From the NCBI GenBank assembly GCA_964036045.1, contig OZ038379.1, positions 23,932,001-23,996,000 of the forward strand: 64,000 bases of DNA, given 5' to 3'. This document shows, in pieces, positions 45,953 to 58,620 of the stretch (position 1 is its first letter; every line of letters starts with the position of its first letter). This DNA is from Eutreptiella sp. 'Long Island Sound 2002' (Eukaryota > Protista > Euglenida). The position numbers and the translations under genes were made by a program. Below the pieces are notes generated by a model. The model searched no databases. It was not told the origin of the DNA and worked only from the letters and a program-made list of their open reading frames with translations.

Positions 45953-48317
45953 CACAGCCGCCAACTCTGCCGGCTCCTGTGCCACAGGAACTGGCGGACA
46001 AAGTAAGATTTTGTCAGCCAAGTACTTTTGGTGACCGCCCAGGGAACAGCTTATAGCTCAATCAACCTTCCAGAGGTTCTGACCCTGCAGAATGGCTTGG
46101 CAGACACGGCAAAGTAGTGAAGTGTCATCCTCCGCCCCACAGCTGCACAAGGCTCCCCTTCTAATAGCAATCTGCCCTCATTAATAGCAGTGCAAGAGTA
46201 TCTTGGACCTTAAAAGACCTCTGCGCTCATCAATAGCAGCAAATCAGGCCCGGACAAGCTAGAGAGGCACCTACAGTCCAGGACCTTGCAAGAGGGGCGG
46301 TTGCATTGGCTGTGCTGGCCCGTAGGGGCACGGGCCGGCCTATAAGGAATCGACCTGACCCAAATGACCGCATGGACGGAGGCTACAGGACTACAGGGCT
46401 AGGGCAACTCTAACGCCACAACACTCCGGCTGCCATCGGGCTCACAAGTGTCTAGGACTTGAAAAGGGGGGGCTGCAGCTGCAGCTGGGCGCTATGCCCT
46501 TCGAAGGGCCGGTGCGAGCGCCGGCTCCCTCGCCCAGGGGAGAGGGGGGGAGGTCCAGCAGGGCCGCGAGCGGCGGTGCTGCCCAACGGTGGCTCGCACG
46601 GGCCGCAGCACGGCCACGGGAGGGCCTCTGAGGAGGGCACATAGCCCATGGCGGGCGCCCTTCCACCGCGTTGCGCCACACCGGGGGGGCAGAGGTGGGA
46701 TAGGGCAGGCCACAGGCAGGCTCTAACCCGCTAACCTCTAACCCTCCTGTCGCAAGAGCGGCCGGGACATTAACAGTTGCCAACCCTCATGAATTGCACA
46801 GAGCACACACACACATGCACACACCAACCTTTTGCAGGGGTTGGATGATGCTGTTTCCCTCTGGGCAGGTGTGACTGCACACCATTGCTCTTTGGGTGGG
46901 TGGCGGGGGGGGGGCTGATACTCAGGGTGGACCTGCAATGGTGGGTGGTGGGAACCCTGAGACCGTCATTTCGTGATAGTCCCAGGGTGCGGGAGCTGTA
47001 CAAAAGGTTCTTTTGAGGGTTTCCAACCGGTTTGCAATGATGGATTTATTTATCTTGGTTGTCTGTCATGTTTATGTCTCTGACTCTGATCAGGGACCTC
47101 CTCACCTCAGTCCATTTGGCTCAGGCAATTGTACCAGTGTGCTGCGTCATGAACACAAAAAACAGGTATTTGCTTTGCGAATACTGAGGCTGCAGTTCCT
47201 CTCGGAGTATTGCACACACTGCGCCACTATGTTTTGTTTGTGTTCATGGCTACAGCATAATAACTGCAGGTCTTCAGGCGCTGGGTGCATTGGCTTTTTG
47301 TTGCATATCTAATGCCACATTAAAGCCGTTGTTTCAATCAGACCGCATCTGTTCACAAATCTGGGTTTATGGTCACCCCGAGTTTCCCGCCTTTTGTGGT
47401 CTAAGCCCAGTGCCCCGGGGGAAGTGGGGGTGCACAGTGCAAAAAAAAAAAAAGGCTTATAAAGGCCATGTTTTTAAAATGCACACTACACGCCTCGATA
47501 TACATAGGTGGTTCTGCATCATATCAAGTGAGGCTGTTGGTTTCGCAGTATTGGTGGGTTTTGTTCATTGGTGAGAATGGTCATTTTGATTAAGATTGTG
47601 CCGCATTGCATTGTTCATATCCTGGGCTGTGCCTCAAAAACTGGCTGAAATCTTTGGTTCCTTTACTGCCTGCTGCATGTGAAATATGAGAACATCTGCA
47701 GTGGCGACACCATTTCCAAAATATCAAACGTGTTGTGGACTCCAATGAATGGGGAGAACGCAAGAAAACACAGAGGACCCCAATCTCTTGTTTCACATTG
47801 AGGAAGCATGCAACTTTTGGAACAAAGACCACATACGGTGAATTTGCTGTGGCCGACAAAGCAATGATCTTTGGAAGATCCCCAGTATGCAAGAATATGA
47901 TTTTCTCATGTTCTTCTGCTTGTGGGACTGGATACTTTTGGAAATATGCAAGGAGCTTTGAAGCTTCTTTGGGTAGATATGCCAGAAATGGGTGTTGCAT
48001 TGCACCAAAGGCGGGTTTTCTCATGCATGACAAGGAATGTGCATATTACGGTGGGTTGAGGCCATGCCAAGGAGTTGGGTATGTACAGAAGGTAGGGGAG
48101 TTTCAATTTCAATACCCCATTTTTTGAGAGTCATTTACAGCATCAACTGGTTCTAGGGTTGATGTCCCCCTTCGCATATGGTTTAGGAGGCTGAAGTGGT
48201 TGACTCAAAGTGAGGTGTGTATGTAGTATTGGATCTTGAAGTTGAAGAGGAAATGATGTGGGTGTGTGGTTTACATTTCGGTGTGTTGTATGTGATTGTT
48301 GGTTTTTAGAACTTAGT

Positions 48318-48320
<3 letters not shown>

Positions 48321-48362
<42 letters not shown>
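48321..48362. repeat. (GT)n microsatellite
   Basis: Direct run of gt dinucleotides. Confidence 0.95.
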
Positions 48363-48367
<5 letters not shown>

Positions 48368-49289
48368 AAATGTGAATTTGAGTATTTAGAGGGGGAGGGG
48401 GGGCATATGGTGGGCTGCACGAGTGTGCAACCAATACTTGGTGGATCATTGGACACTGAATATTTGGATCACACGTATTTATTTTTTGAATTGTCTTTGT
48501 GGTTGACACAGGTGATTTCTTGCACTGCTCTCTTGTGATTCCTTGCATTTCCCTATATTTTTGTTTGGTTTTTTTTTTGCTCCTTCGGAATCGTTGTGTC
48601 TAGCTCTTTGACAAGGTGTTGGCTTACTTGCCGGTGCCGTGTGCGCATTTTTGTGGTGCTGCAGTGGGTTGTGGTTGGCTTGGTGCAGCATCGCTTTGCG
48701 TGTGTGTTTGTCGTGCTGTGGTGGGTCGTGGTTGAGTTGGTATGTCGAAGTCGGGTGCCCGTGTCATTACAATGCAGAGATTACAATGGAGTAAGGGACT
48801 GGTTTAGGGCAAACTCAAGGACTTGAAAGAGCTCTCACCATGTACCACCTCTCGCCACTGGCGCCGCCGCCAACGCCGCCGTGGAAAGTGATCTAAGAGA
48901 AAGAGGTCTCGAATGTTTTGCACCAATCTGGTAAACTGGTTTTCAAACACTTTCTTCTTAGGGGGTGTGGCATCTTTTGAAAAATAGCGGTTTTCAGGTT
49001 TCTACTTGACGATTTGTTCCTTTACCACGATAGGGGTGCAACCATGGGGAAGCCGTAATGAAAGTGTGCGGTTGAACCCGGTTGAACCACGGTTTCACTT
49101 GGGGAATTTAAGGGTACCTGATCCAAACGAGCACGTGGGGAGGCAGCACCCCCTGCCACTCATGTGGCTGGCAAAAACAACCAGTCTAATGCCAAGAAGC
49201 GCCGGCTCAATTGGCTCGCCAAGAGCCGCATGAGGACGGGGGTGGACGTGAAGGTCCCTAAAGAGGGATAGAGGGGCGCCTCCCAAGAG

Positions 49290-49720
49290 GATGAGTTGTT
49301 TTTTGCAATCACAAATCGAATTGGGGACCAGGTGTTCAAGGCAATCTTGGACACAAGAGCCGCTCTGTCTATCGTAGCCAGAACAGAAGACCAAAACAGT
49401 GGTTAGTACGGGGGGGGGGGGGTTGCAGGACCATTCACTCCCTTCGGGGGAGTTGGATGTGACAGTATGTCTTGGCAATGTACAAATGACCCAGCATTGT
49501 AGAGTACTGGACTCAAACGCCTTTGACATAGTCATTGGCACAGATTTTTTGCACCAAAATCCCCAAGTGAAGTTGTTGTCCCTGCCACCTCCTTGCACGC
49601 TACATTGCGTCTTTGGAAGGGGCCTCTTCTCCTTCTCTTTGAGCTGTCCGGACGAAAAGAATCTTGTCTTCGCTACACGAACCGGTGTTATCGGACTAAG
49701 AATTACTAGTTGTTACAATT
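49290..49720 (+). mobile_element. Decayed retropepsin (aspartic protease) of an LTR-type retroelement
   Basis: FKAILDTRAALSIVA resembles LDTGA-SIV; after a frameshift, HCRVLDSNAFDIVIGTDFL resembles D-ILG-DFL. Confidence 0.65.
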
Positions 49721-52700
49721 AGTCCTCGAGAAGGGATCGGCCGGCCTACAAGTAGACCTGAATGACACGGAGTTTCGATTGTTTGCGACCACGGAGCAAT
49801 ATCTGATTGAACTCTACTTTTCGCAAAATCTCAATAATGCCTGTCGTTTCTATTGGAAGGTTTGGGGTTAGTGCTATGCTAACTCTGAACTCTCTCAGCT
49901 CGCAAAGGTCTTAACTAAGATCGCCTTTGAATGAGGTTACGTAGTCTTGTGTACTCCCGTTTGGGGTACCTCTATGGGGCATGCCTATTGGAAGCATCTA
50001 CTGGAGCGTATGACCGTGGGAAGGACTGAAATGCCCAACGCCACTATCTATGTCCATGACGACTCTCACGAGACTATGCCTGCCCTTGAAAGGGGTAGTT
50101 TTTTGCCCATCGTTGATGGTTCTTTGAACCCCGTATTGGTGAGTGAGCTTGACTAGGAAGTAGTGAAAGAGTTGATGGCCAACAATTGTTGTGTTACCTT
50201 CCATGACAGCAAAAAGAGATCATCTGAGTGACCTTCAGTCAATACGAAGAGTGGCGACAATTATGATAAGGTGCATATTGCTGCAATCTCCTCTCTTATG
50301 GCAGATGCTGACAACCGCCTAAGTGAGATCACGCACGCCGGCCAACATCAAATCAGCCAGGCATGCAAGGGTCATAACGGGAACGGTGTAGACCTGGCTA
50401 GCGACACCATGGTGTGTCACGCCAGCCGACGACCATACCCCCGGACAGAACAAAACACCACAACTGGACCATTACACGACGGACCAACCAACATCAACGA
50501 ACTACACCGAACCCTCCGGCCTCCCGGGAGAGCGCAAGGTCGACCGAGTCAAAACACAAAAGCACGCATCACGCCAAGCAAGTCCCGTAGCACGTGCTTC
50601 ATCAAGTTGTCTTATGCCTACTGAAAACCAACCCGGGTGACGATGAGCAGGACACACTTCGGCCCTTGGATCTCAGAAACCGGAGGTTGATACAGAGACG
50701 CGATGGGACCCTCTCCCACATGTTATCCGCCCAAAGGATGAGGATGTGAGACTTCGGTCGAACATGGGTTACCCCTCTGGGCAGAAGCCGCTGGAATGTA
50801 ATGCTCGCGGCGATTGGGCCCTTCCCCTTGAGTGGAGAAGCCGCTTTGTGTGGGCACGTGAAGTTAGGGCCGTGGGTAGGTGAGCCAAAGCCCCATGGTA
50901 AGTCCCTTTCAAGTGCCACCCCAGTCCCGACATGACCTACCCACCTACCTTGTCCTCAAGTCATCTAGAAAATGGGCAAAGGAGGCGGAGGAAAGACAGT
51001 CCGATCGCGCAACCGAGGACTTCAAGGCAATAGCCAAGGGGTCCCTACGCCCTAGATTCTCGAGGGCCTCCGACATCAAAGTGGACACCTCGGTAGGAAA
51101 AGAAACAGTAAGTAGGACGACATAATCGTCCACCTCTGTATTCTTCTTCGCTTCTCTTGTTATAATATGCTCTCTCTAAGAGCCAATCGGTTGTCCTCTT
51201 CCGTTTGTAGATACCACGCTTCGTTTCTCGAGATCGTCTGCCTTTGGCTTGGCGGTGATGGGGACGGTCTGGGCACTTAACACCACAAATATGGTAACAT
51301 TCTACTTTTTCTTCATGTCGTGTTCGTGTTGTAGGAGGGCTCGTGCTCAAGCTTACAAAGACAAAACCTCTGGTACCAGAAAGATATTCTAGTTTGCCAA
51401 TTAGTTGTGTTGAGAACCTTGCAGTTTTCTCCGATAGTTTTTGATGGACAAAACCTCATTGCTTTTCAAAATAGTCAAAGTAGTCAGGCACGAATGGCAC
51501 CAGAGCACCAGGATCAAACTGAGGATGTAGTTCCTTCCAAATCAATAGGATGTAACAAAGAGGGGCTGTAGATGGACAATGCATACTTAAGTACAAAGCT
51601 TCAATGGTTTATAAACAAAGGAAATAATTTTAGTGTGCAAACTAAGAGCCATCTGGCCCAGTAAATCGTGATAGGCACTTGATGTGCACTGCTTTGGAAG
51701 CAATAGAGTTGGTTAAGAATCTGGGTAAAATAGGTTGGGCCAAACACAAAATATGGCTTGGCCAGCTTTGCTAAGAAACTGAACTCATACCCAGTTACAC
51801 AATAGGACCACAATCAGTAGATGCAGCTTTTGAGTATCTGGGTCCTGAGGTGCTAGACCACTAGGCTTAACTTTATGGAAAAGGGCATGAAATGCCTACT
51901 TTATTTCGGTATATACATCCATGAAAGAAAATACCTCCGCTCCCTTGAGTGGTAAGGGTCAACTTCACGGAGAGTTCGGGTTATTACCCTAGTTACTTTG
52001 AAAAATGTGCTTTATGCCTTAAAAGAATAGAGAAAATGATTAAATGTTGGTCTTTATTACTTCCCAAAGAATAGGGAGCGGGGGCTTGGCTTGGATCAAG
52101 TCCTCCACAAAAGACTGCGAAGTGACTTTTTCTTACTTTGTGCTTCATAATAGATTTATCAAAACAACCCGGACATCATGCGATCCGTCGCCAAATGCAT
52201 CATGCACACAAATATCAGTCCCATCTCCCTTTGCCCGTTCCTTTCTCTTGCATAGCCCCCATTTGTTGACAACTATCACTTTTTTTCGGCAACTAACGGA
52301 AAGTTTTTCAGCGAGCATCAATGTCTCGGCAGATTTGGCGTTGTTTTCTTCAACATATTATGCTTTCAATACAGCATTAGCTCATGTATAGAAATTTTGA
52401 AACATCGCGCTAGAAACAACTCCGCCGCATATCAATGCTTTTTATGTATGGTTTTGCACATCCGAAGAAATATTGCTTATAGCCAAAAAAAAATTGTTAT
52501 GAACAAACCAGTGGATGCACCAAATCTCATGCTCTCCAATTGCTGCATGCTATGTAATGGTTATGATGGAAAATAACCAATGTAGTATAAAAATTGTGAA
52601 GCTGAAACTGAAGTCTGCCTTTTGTGATCATCACCAACAAATATGCGCAACAGCCAAGAGGTTTGTAGTAGCACTTGTTTGTGTGCCACCTTTGCGCATT

Positions 52701-53829
52701 GTCTTTTACAAAAACATCCTGGTGTATGAAGAAAATATAAAACTTAACAAAACCATATAGGTTCAATCCGTCTGTTCGTCAAACCATGAACATTGAGATC
52801 CACCGCCTCAACCTCCGCGCAACTCCTTCCCCCTTTGCCGTTTTAATGTCCCGCTTCAGCCCATCCCCAACCCTCACTTCGCATTTCTGCAAAACATTGT
52901 CTCTGCCAACTTTGGTATCTCTTGTGGCATACAAGATGACCATCCAAAACCTCTTGACTTAGGCTCCAAGACAACAAAAATTTCCCACTCGTCCATGCCT
53001 TAATGCCTTCAGCTTGGCCTTTTGCCAGGTGTCACAGTTTTGCCTGCTCCACCTGTAGAAAATTGCAGTTCCGATATGTTCTTGCTGCCCTGGAACCCTC
53101 TATGATACCTTGAAATTCCCCAAATGGCCTGCACCCTCCGGTGTGGTAGGCACCTTGCCCTTCGTCGTGTAACCATGTCCACCGCCCGTGCATGGAGCTT
53201 CCTTGGCAACGGTCGTGCCTTGGGGGGAATCCTTGAACTGCGTGCTACTTTTGCATTACGTTCTCCCCGACGAGCCCATGCACACCCCTTGGAAACGCCC
53301 TCAGAATTAGGTGACCAAATATGCCCCAGCTCAAGAAAATTGCAAACTAACTTCCCTACGGATAACACACATCATGCACAACTGGAAATTATGAACAGCG
53401 CATTGGTCGCCACCTTCAACACCACACAATGTCTTTTTGTTCCATTGTCAACTAAATACAAATTGACAATACACAACTTGTGTGCACAACATTAAGCAGT
53501 TGCGGAATTAAAAACATATCACATTGTGGTGTGTGTGTGTGTGTCAATGCAATCCATTCAATATTGCACTTCACACTTGTTACACATAGGCATCTTTTCA
53601 ATGTTAGACTTGGTGCAACAAAAAGCACAAACATCCCCATCATCACCCACAACATCCTCATCATCATCGTCTTGCTGTGTAGGTGCAGTCCATACATGTG
53701 GGCCACACCGAAGCCTAGGAGTCCATATCCCCAACTCAAACGGCCACACCAAACTGTGGGAGTCCATATCCCCAACTCAAAGGGCCACACCGAAGCGTGG
53801 GAAGAAGGCCCACAATTGGGCTGATTGGC

Positions 53830-54095
53830 TACATCACCCCTGCCTTCTCGGGGTCCCCATGGTGGGGAGAAATCGACATACAAAAAGAGTTGATGTGGTG
53901 AAAATGTGCAAACAAAAAGAGTTGTGCAGCAAGGTAGAAATGGGTGAAGCAAGGTGAAAATCCAAAAATGCCATATCCCCAATATATCAGAACCTACTAC
54001 CAAACAACAATGATGCCCAAAATACCACAAAGTATGGGTTTCTACTGCGGCCAGACACCCAAATAGTTGCACTGTGCGCGCACTGCGCTTGAGGC
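53830..54095 (-). repeat. Inverted copy of the dispersed repeat at 13500-13790
   Basis: Its reverse complement aligns by eye to 13500-13790 (catcattgttgtttg..gtaggtt..ttggggatatggcatttttggattttcacc..gatttctccccaccatggg). Confidence 0.8.
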
Positions 54096-55399
54096 GCCCC
54101 CTTGGTTTCAGGTCGTTGTTGCCCTCCTCGGCGGTTTTTGGTGTGCCTCGCCTCTTGGCGGGGCTCCACCTACCATTCCCTGCCTTGGCGGTGCCTCGGC
54201 ACCTGCCTTCTTTCACAAACCTTGAATTCACAATATTGTTGTGCTCAGCACTGTGTCCTGAGGTGCATCCAACTTATATCAATTTGAAATCACCTGCCCA
54301 AAAAAAGCACCTCAACAACTTTTCAAACTTGTTGGTTAAAAACGCATTCACCTAGAAATCCAAACCTCAAATAGAGACTTGCATGCCACCTCACACATTC
54401 AAAGTTGAGTCCTTATCTTTGCATGTTTCTACATTTTGTGTCATATTTGGGTGTCTGAGACGACAGCTGGCAGGTGCAAATGAGAATGTGGGTGTGGATG
54501 CACAACAATAACCCTGAAATCCTGAAATACCAAAAACGAAAAGGGGCCCTGTGACACAATATGCAGGCATCTGATGTGACCCGATGACATATTGTTCCCC
54601 TTCAGGCTCTTGGGGTCATCCTGTCCAATCATAGTAGTCAAAATAAAGAATCATGGTTGACAAATCTACAATCTAATTTGTCTTCACTGCCCCCTGCCAG
54701 CGGTGAAACATGTCTTGTCCGAAAATAGGAGCACCTGAAATGCTCAGATTTGTGCACTATCATGAGGCTGTGCACCCCCCCCCCTCCAACCACAAATAGA
54801 TTACAGCAATTGCTCATCAAATGCCAGCGCACCTAAAACTGCTGACAGACACAAGCATTGCTGCAGCAGGATGTTAACAGACCCCAATTCGCTCTGCACA
54901 GGATGCATGCCACGGCATGAATGACATGCTATCTCATATAAATACACACACAAATCCCCACATGAGCGTGCATGCATGGAAGCGGAACTGAAAAGAAATT
55001 CTAGGCCCATGCCCCAAAAAATGACCTAATGGCGACCCGTCTTCAATGCAGAGGACCAGACTGAATATGACTTTCCTCTTCCTGTCCTCTGCCAATATCC
55101 TCCAACCCATTGTACATTTTGCTTCCAGTTAATTGTGCAATTCAGCAAGCAATAGCTAAGCGGCATGTAAGCACATTGCCTGCGAAATCCAACGATAGAT
55201 TCGGGCGCCACCTTGATGGTTGAATAGTTGTTTGGATGAGGAAGTAAATGGGAACTGTGAGCCTATTCCTCCCCGTCTTTCAACATTTGATAACAAGAAC
55301 CCTTTGAAAGAAGGGCACAAACTGTGATCTCAGCATCAGACACCTGTGACAGCTACCTCAAAATAAAGTGAACACAATGAAGACCAAGCAGTTGTGTTC

Positions 55400-58300
55400 C
55401 AATGCACACAAAACAATTTACACTATTACCTCTCACTGTGCCAAATGCCCATACACCTCAAAGCATGACAACACCAAAGCATTGGTTCCACGAGAATTCC
55501 CGTTGTCTGCGAGCACGACTCGGAACTGACTGAAGAACTCTCCAAGGCCATCAACAGGCCATGATGCTGAGAAACCCCTTGGGCCCAATGTTTCATCATG
55601 CACATGCTCACGGATGATGGTCCACTCCATTCCATCTTTTGACCCCTCAAACCTCCTGCAAAATGGAGAATTGGAAATATGAAGGCAAGCAGGAGGCAGG
55701 GCATAGGTCTGCAGAACCCAATGTATCTTTGGATCCTTGTGCTTGCCCCTCCCTGACGGTTCGGCTTGGTGGGTGCGATTACCCCCCCCCCTGCGATTTT
55801 CCCCTCTTTCCCTCGAACACCTTCACCATTGCCAGGCCCCCTTACCTGCGCTCCCTGCCCCTGCACTGGCACCGAGAAACCTGTAATTTTATGAGCATGA
55901 GCTCCCCAATTTCTCCACCTTGCCCCGTTTCCCACAATTCTCATTCAGCTCATTTCACAAAGGGCCTGGTAAAATTGATGAAAATTGCGGGTATTCTGAG
56001 CCAGGGGGCAAGGCTCTGATGACATTTGCTGCAGATGCAATCTCACCAAAAACTTTCTCTTCTCGACAACCACCAAAAGAGCAAACAAACAATGGCTCAG
56101 CCCGAAAAATTTCAAAGATGTGTAGTGATATATGTGACTGGAAGTTGATAGAACTGCGCAAGACTGCTATGAGCCAGAAAAGGCCCCTTGAAAGGGTTGG
56201 TGGTTTTATTTGTTGCATTGCATTGTTCTCGGCAGCCCTTCTACTTCTTCCCTGCGCGAGACTGAATCAGAAGAGTGGCCATCAGGTCGCAATAGGGCGG
56301 AGAGTACCAGTTTCTCACAAAGAAATCGTTCATGGCACAACGATGGGACATCGAGTAGAATGTGGGAGACACCAAATTTTTCTTGAGGTCAATCGAGACC
56401 CATGAGCCTGGAACAACGTGCACCAGCCAAGAGTACGAGGAATCGTGGGCGACGAAACCCAATTGACAGATAGAGAATGGGAGCCAAAGGGACAGGATAA
56501 GGAGCAAACGAATGCTTGGCCACCACCACAGGGAAAGTGCGTAGATACGCAGCACACCAGTGATGGATAACACTTGGTGATCCGGAACCCTCTGGTGATG
56601 TGTCATAGATGGATTGTGGTGGAGAGCACCCCTGTGAGCAGAGGGACAACTGTCCCACTCTTGCCCCACCAAAAATGCTTTTCCCCACCGCCTGTGGGCA
56701 AACAATGTACGCAATTTCCTCCTGCAAACCAAAGTAGTGTGTCCACTATTACCAATTCCGAATTACCAACCTCCCCTCCCCCTACATAGCCCCCTCCAGA
56801 GCCACACACAGTCCAGAGGCAGGTCTCCACAACAGACAGCCAAGTGGGTTAGAACTGGAAGTACCAACTGGCAAACTGCCCCCACTTTAAGTTAACTTTC
56901 ACAAAAATCTCAGCCCACTGGTCGGGATATTGAAGTGTTAACAAAAACGGGCTCTCTCTGTTCAGGTGAGCCTTCAGAAGGCAGGGAAAACCTTGAGCAG
57001 ATGCGATGTGATGTGATGTGATGTGATAGGACGTGACGTGATGTGACGTGACCTGAGGTAATGTGACGTGATATGATGTGATGTGACAAAATTGTCCCAA
57101 GTGGGTTGCTGCCCTGTGGATTGGACAATGGTAGAGGGGTCTCCCAAAGGCCATGTTTGATTTAACACATGGTGGGTCAGTTGGTCAATCTACCAAAATG
57201 TCAACAAAAACGGGGTGTTGACAAAGTGGTACAAGGTCGTGCACCCAGGCGACTTTTTTTTGCATCATCAGCTTAGATTCCAAACAAAAAAATTTTCGAT
57301 GCGTTGACCGCGGGAAACTTACCAATGGTTGTTGATCATTGTGGGTGGTCACAATATAGATTTTGGCATTTCCGAATTTTTCAGCATTTGACATTGACAA
57401 AATACTGCAGCACTCTTGCTCCCACACCACCTGGTGGCAAAAAAAGGCGAAAAATGACTTCAAGTGGTGTGAAACATGCTTCACCCGTGTGATGTAGTTT
57501 TCACCCTTTTTGGCCACTGGGTGGGGCCCTGGGTCCATGGGCCAGGCGTGGTGCACAAACTGCTTCGGTAGTCTTCAGTTTCAACAGCTGAAAAATTCGA
57601 AAATTCAAAAATTGAGGTGGGGTCCATGGGCAAGAGGTGGTGCCGTTTGTGAACACACTGTTTCACCCACTCATCCATTGCAGGATGATGGATCCATTGC
57701 GGAACAATGAACGAGGGGTGGGGGTGGTGCAGTGCAAGAAACCGGAGGGTGGCTAGACCAAAAAGGTGGCGTAAAATCCCCGTGCAGACCCTGTTTTCAA
57801 TTCAAACAGTGATACTCTGGCTTTTCAATGGGTCAAGGCTGGCCCTTGGCGGGGCCAGAGGCCGTAAAACATATCCTTTTGCATCCTACCATGGGTATAC
57901 TGTCATCCATGTCATCGCCAGTGCCACGGCTCCAAGAGGTTCCACAGGGTAGCTCATTTTCAGTGAAAGCAGCAACACATCTATTTTTCAAACGGGCCAC
58001 GTGCGAGAGGCTCGTCCCTTTTACCACCCTCCACAGGGGCACCACAACAACTCTGAGGGTGCCGAAACCACATTCTGTGCTTGTCAGCTAAACAGCCTTA
58101 AACTGCATGAGCAACTGCCCATGGCGCAAGCAGGCCCCACAGATCAAAATCGAAAAAAATTGCACAAATGTTGTGTCCTTGCAATCAACAAATTGGTGGG
58201 TCATTTTTTCAGACCCCGCCCCTGCTTTTTGACAGCCAGGTTGATCGAACAACGTAGCTAGCAATATGATTTTGTTTGTATGCCAAAGCCCACCAGAACA

Positions 58301-58620
58301 ACAGCCAAACTAGGTTTGGGAGGAATGGGTCCGAGCAAAATTCCACCCGACAACCAAGGAATTTGTACAGCGGGTGCTGTGGCATAAACTCCTGGTCCAT
58401 GACCGCATTTTTACACTCATAGGCACCACCGACTGCCCCCTCTGTGGAAAAAAAGAAACTATAAGGCATGCTCTCTCGGAATGCAAATTTTACCCTGTGA
58501 TTTTTGACTTCTTAAATAAATCCTGGGGCCCCACCAAGTCCCTGGGATCCATACACCAGGTCTCTTATGGATACCAATGAAACTGAGGCAGGGGGGGGGT
58601 ACTCTACAAGGGCAAAACAA
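55400..58620 (+). mobile_element. Decayed L1/Tx1-like LINE (family B) with C-terminal zinc knuckle
   Basis: TDCPLCGKKETIRHALSEC (zf-RVT type) at ~58430-58490. Upstream RT-like remnants are weak and heavily disrupted, so the left boundary is approximate. Confidence 0.55.
56998..57088. repeat. (GATGT/GACGT)n pentamer microsatellite
   Basis: gatgtgatgtgatgtgat...gacgtgacgtgatgtgacgtgac. Confidence 0.9.

Noticed and set aside
47590-48130. Coding-like AT-richer segment (also 51400-53000), possibly transposase relics
   Set aside because: Frames are interrupted by stops and I could not match a diagnostic motif.
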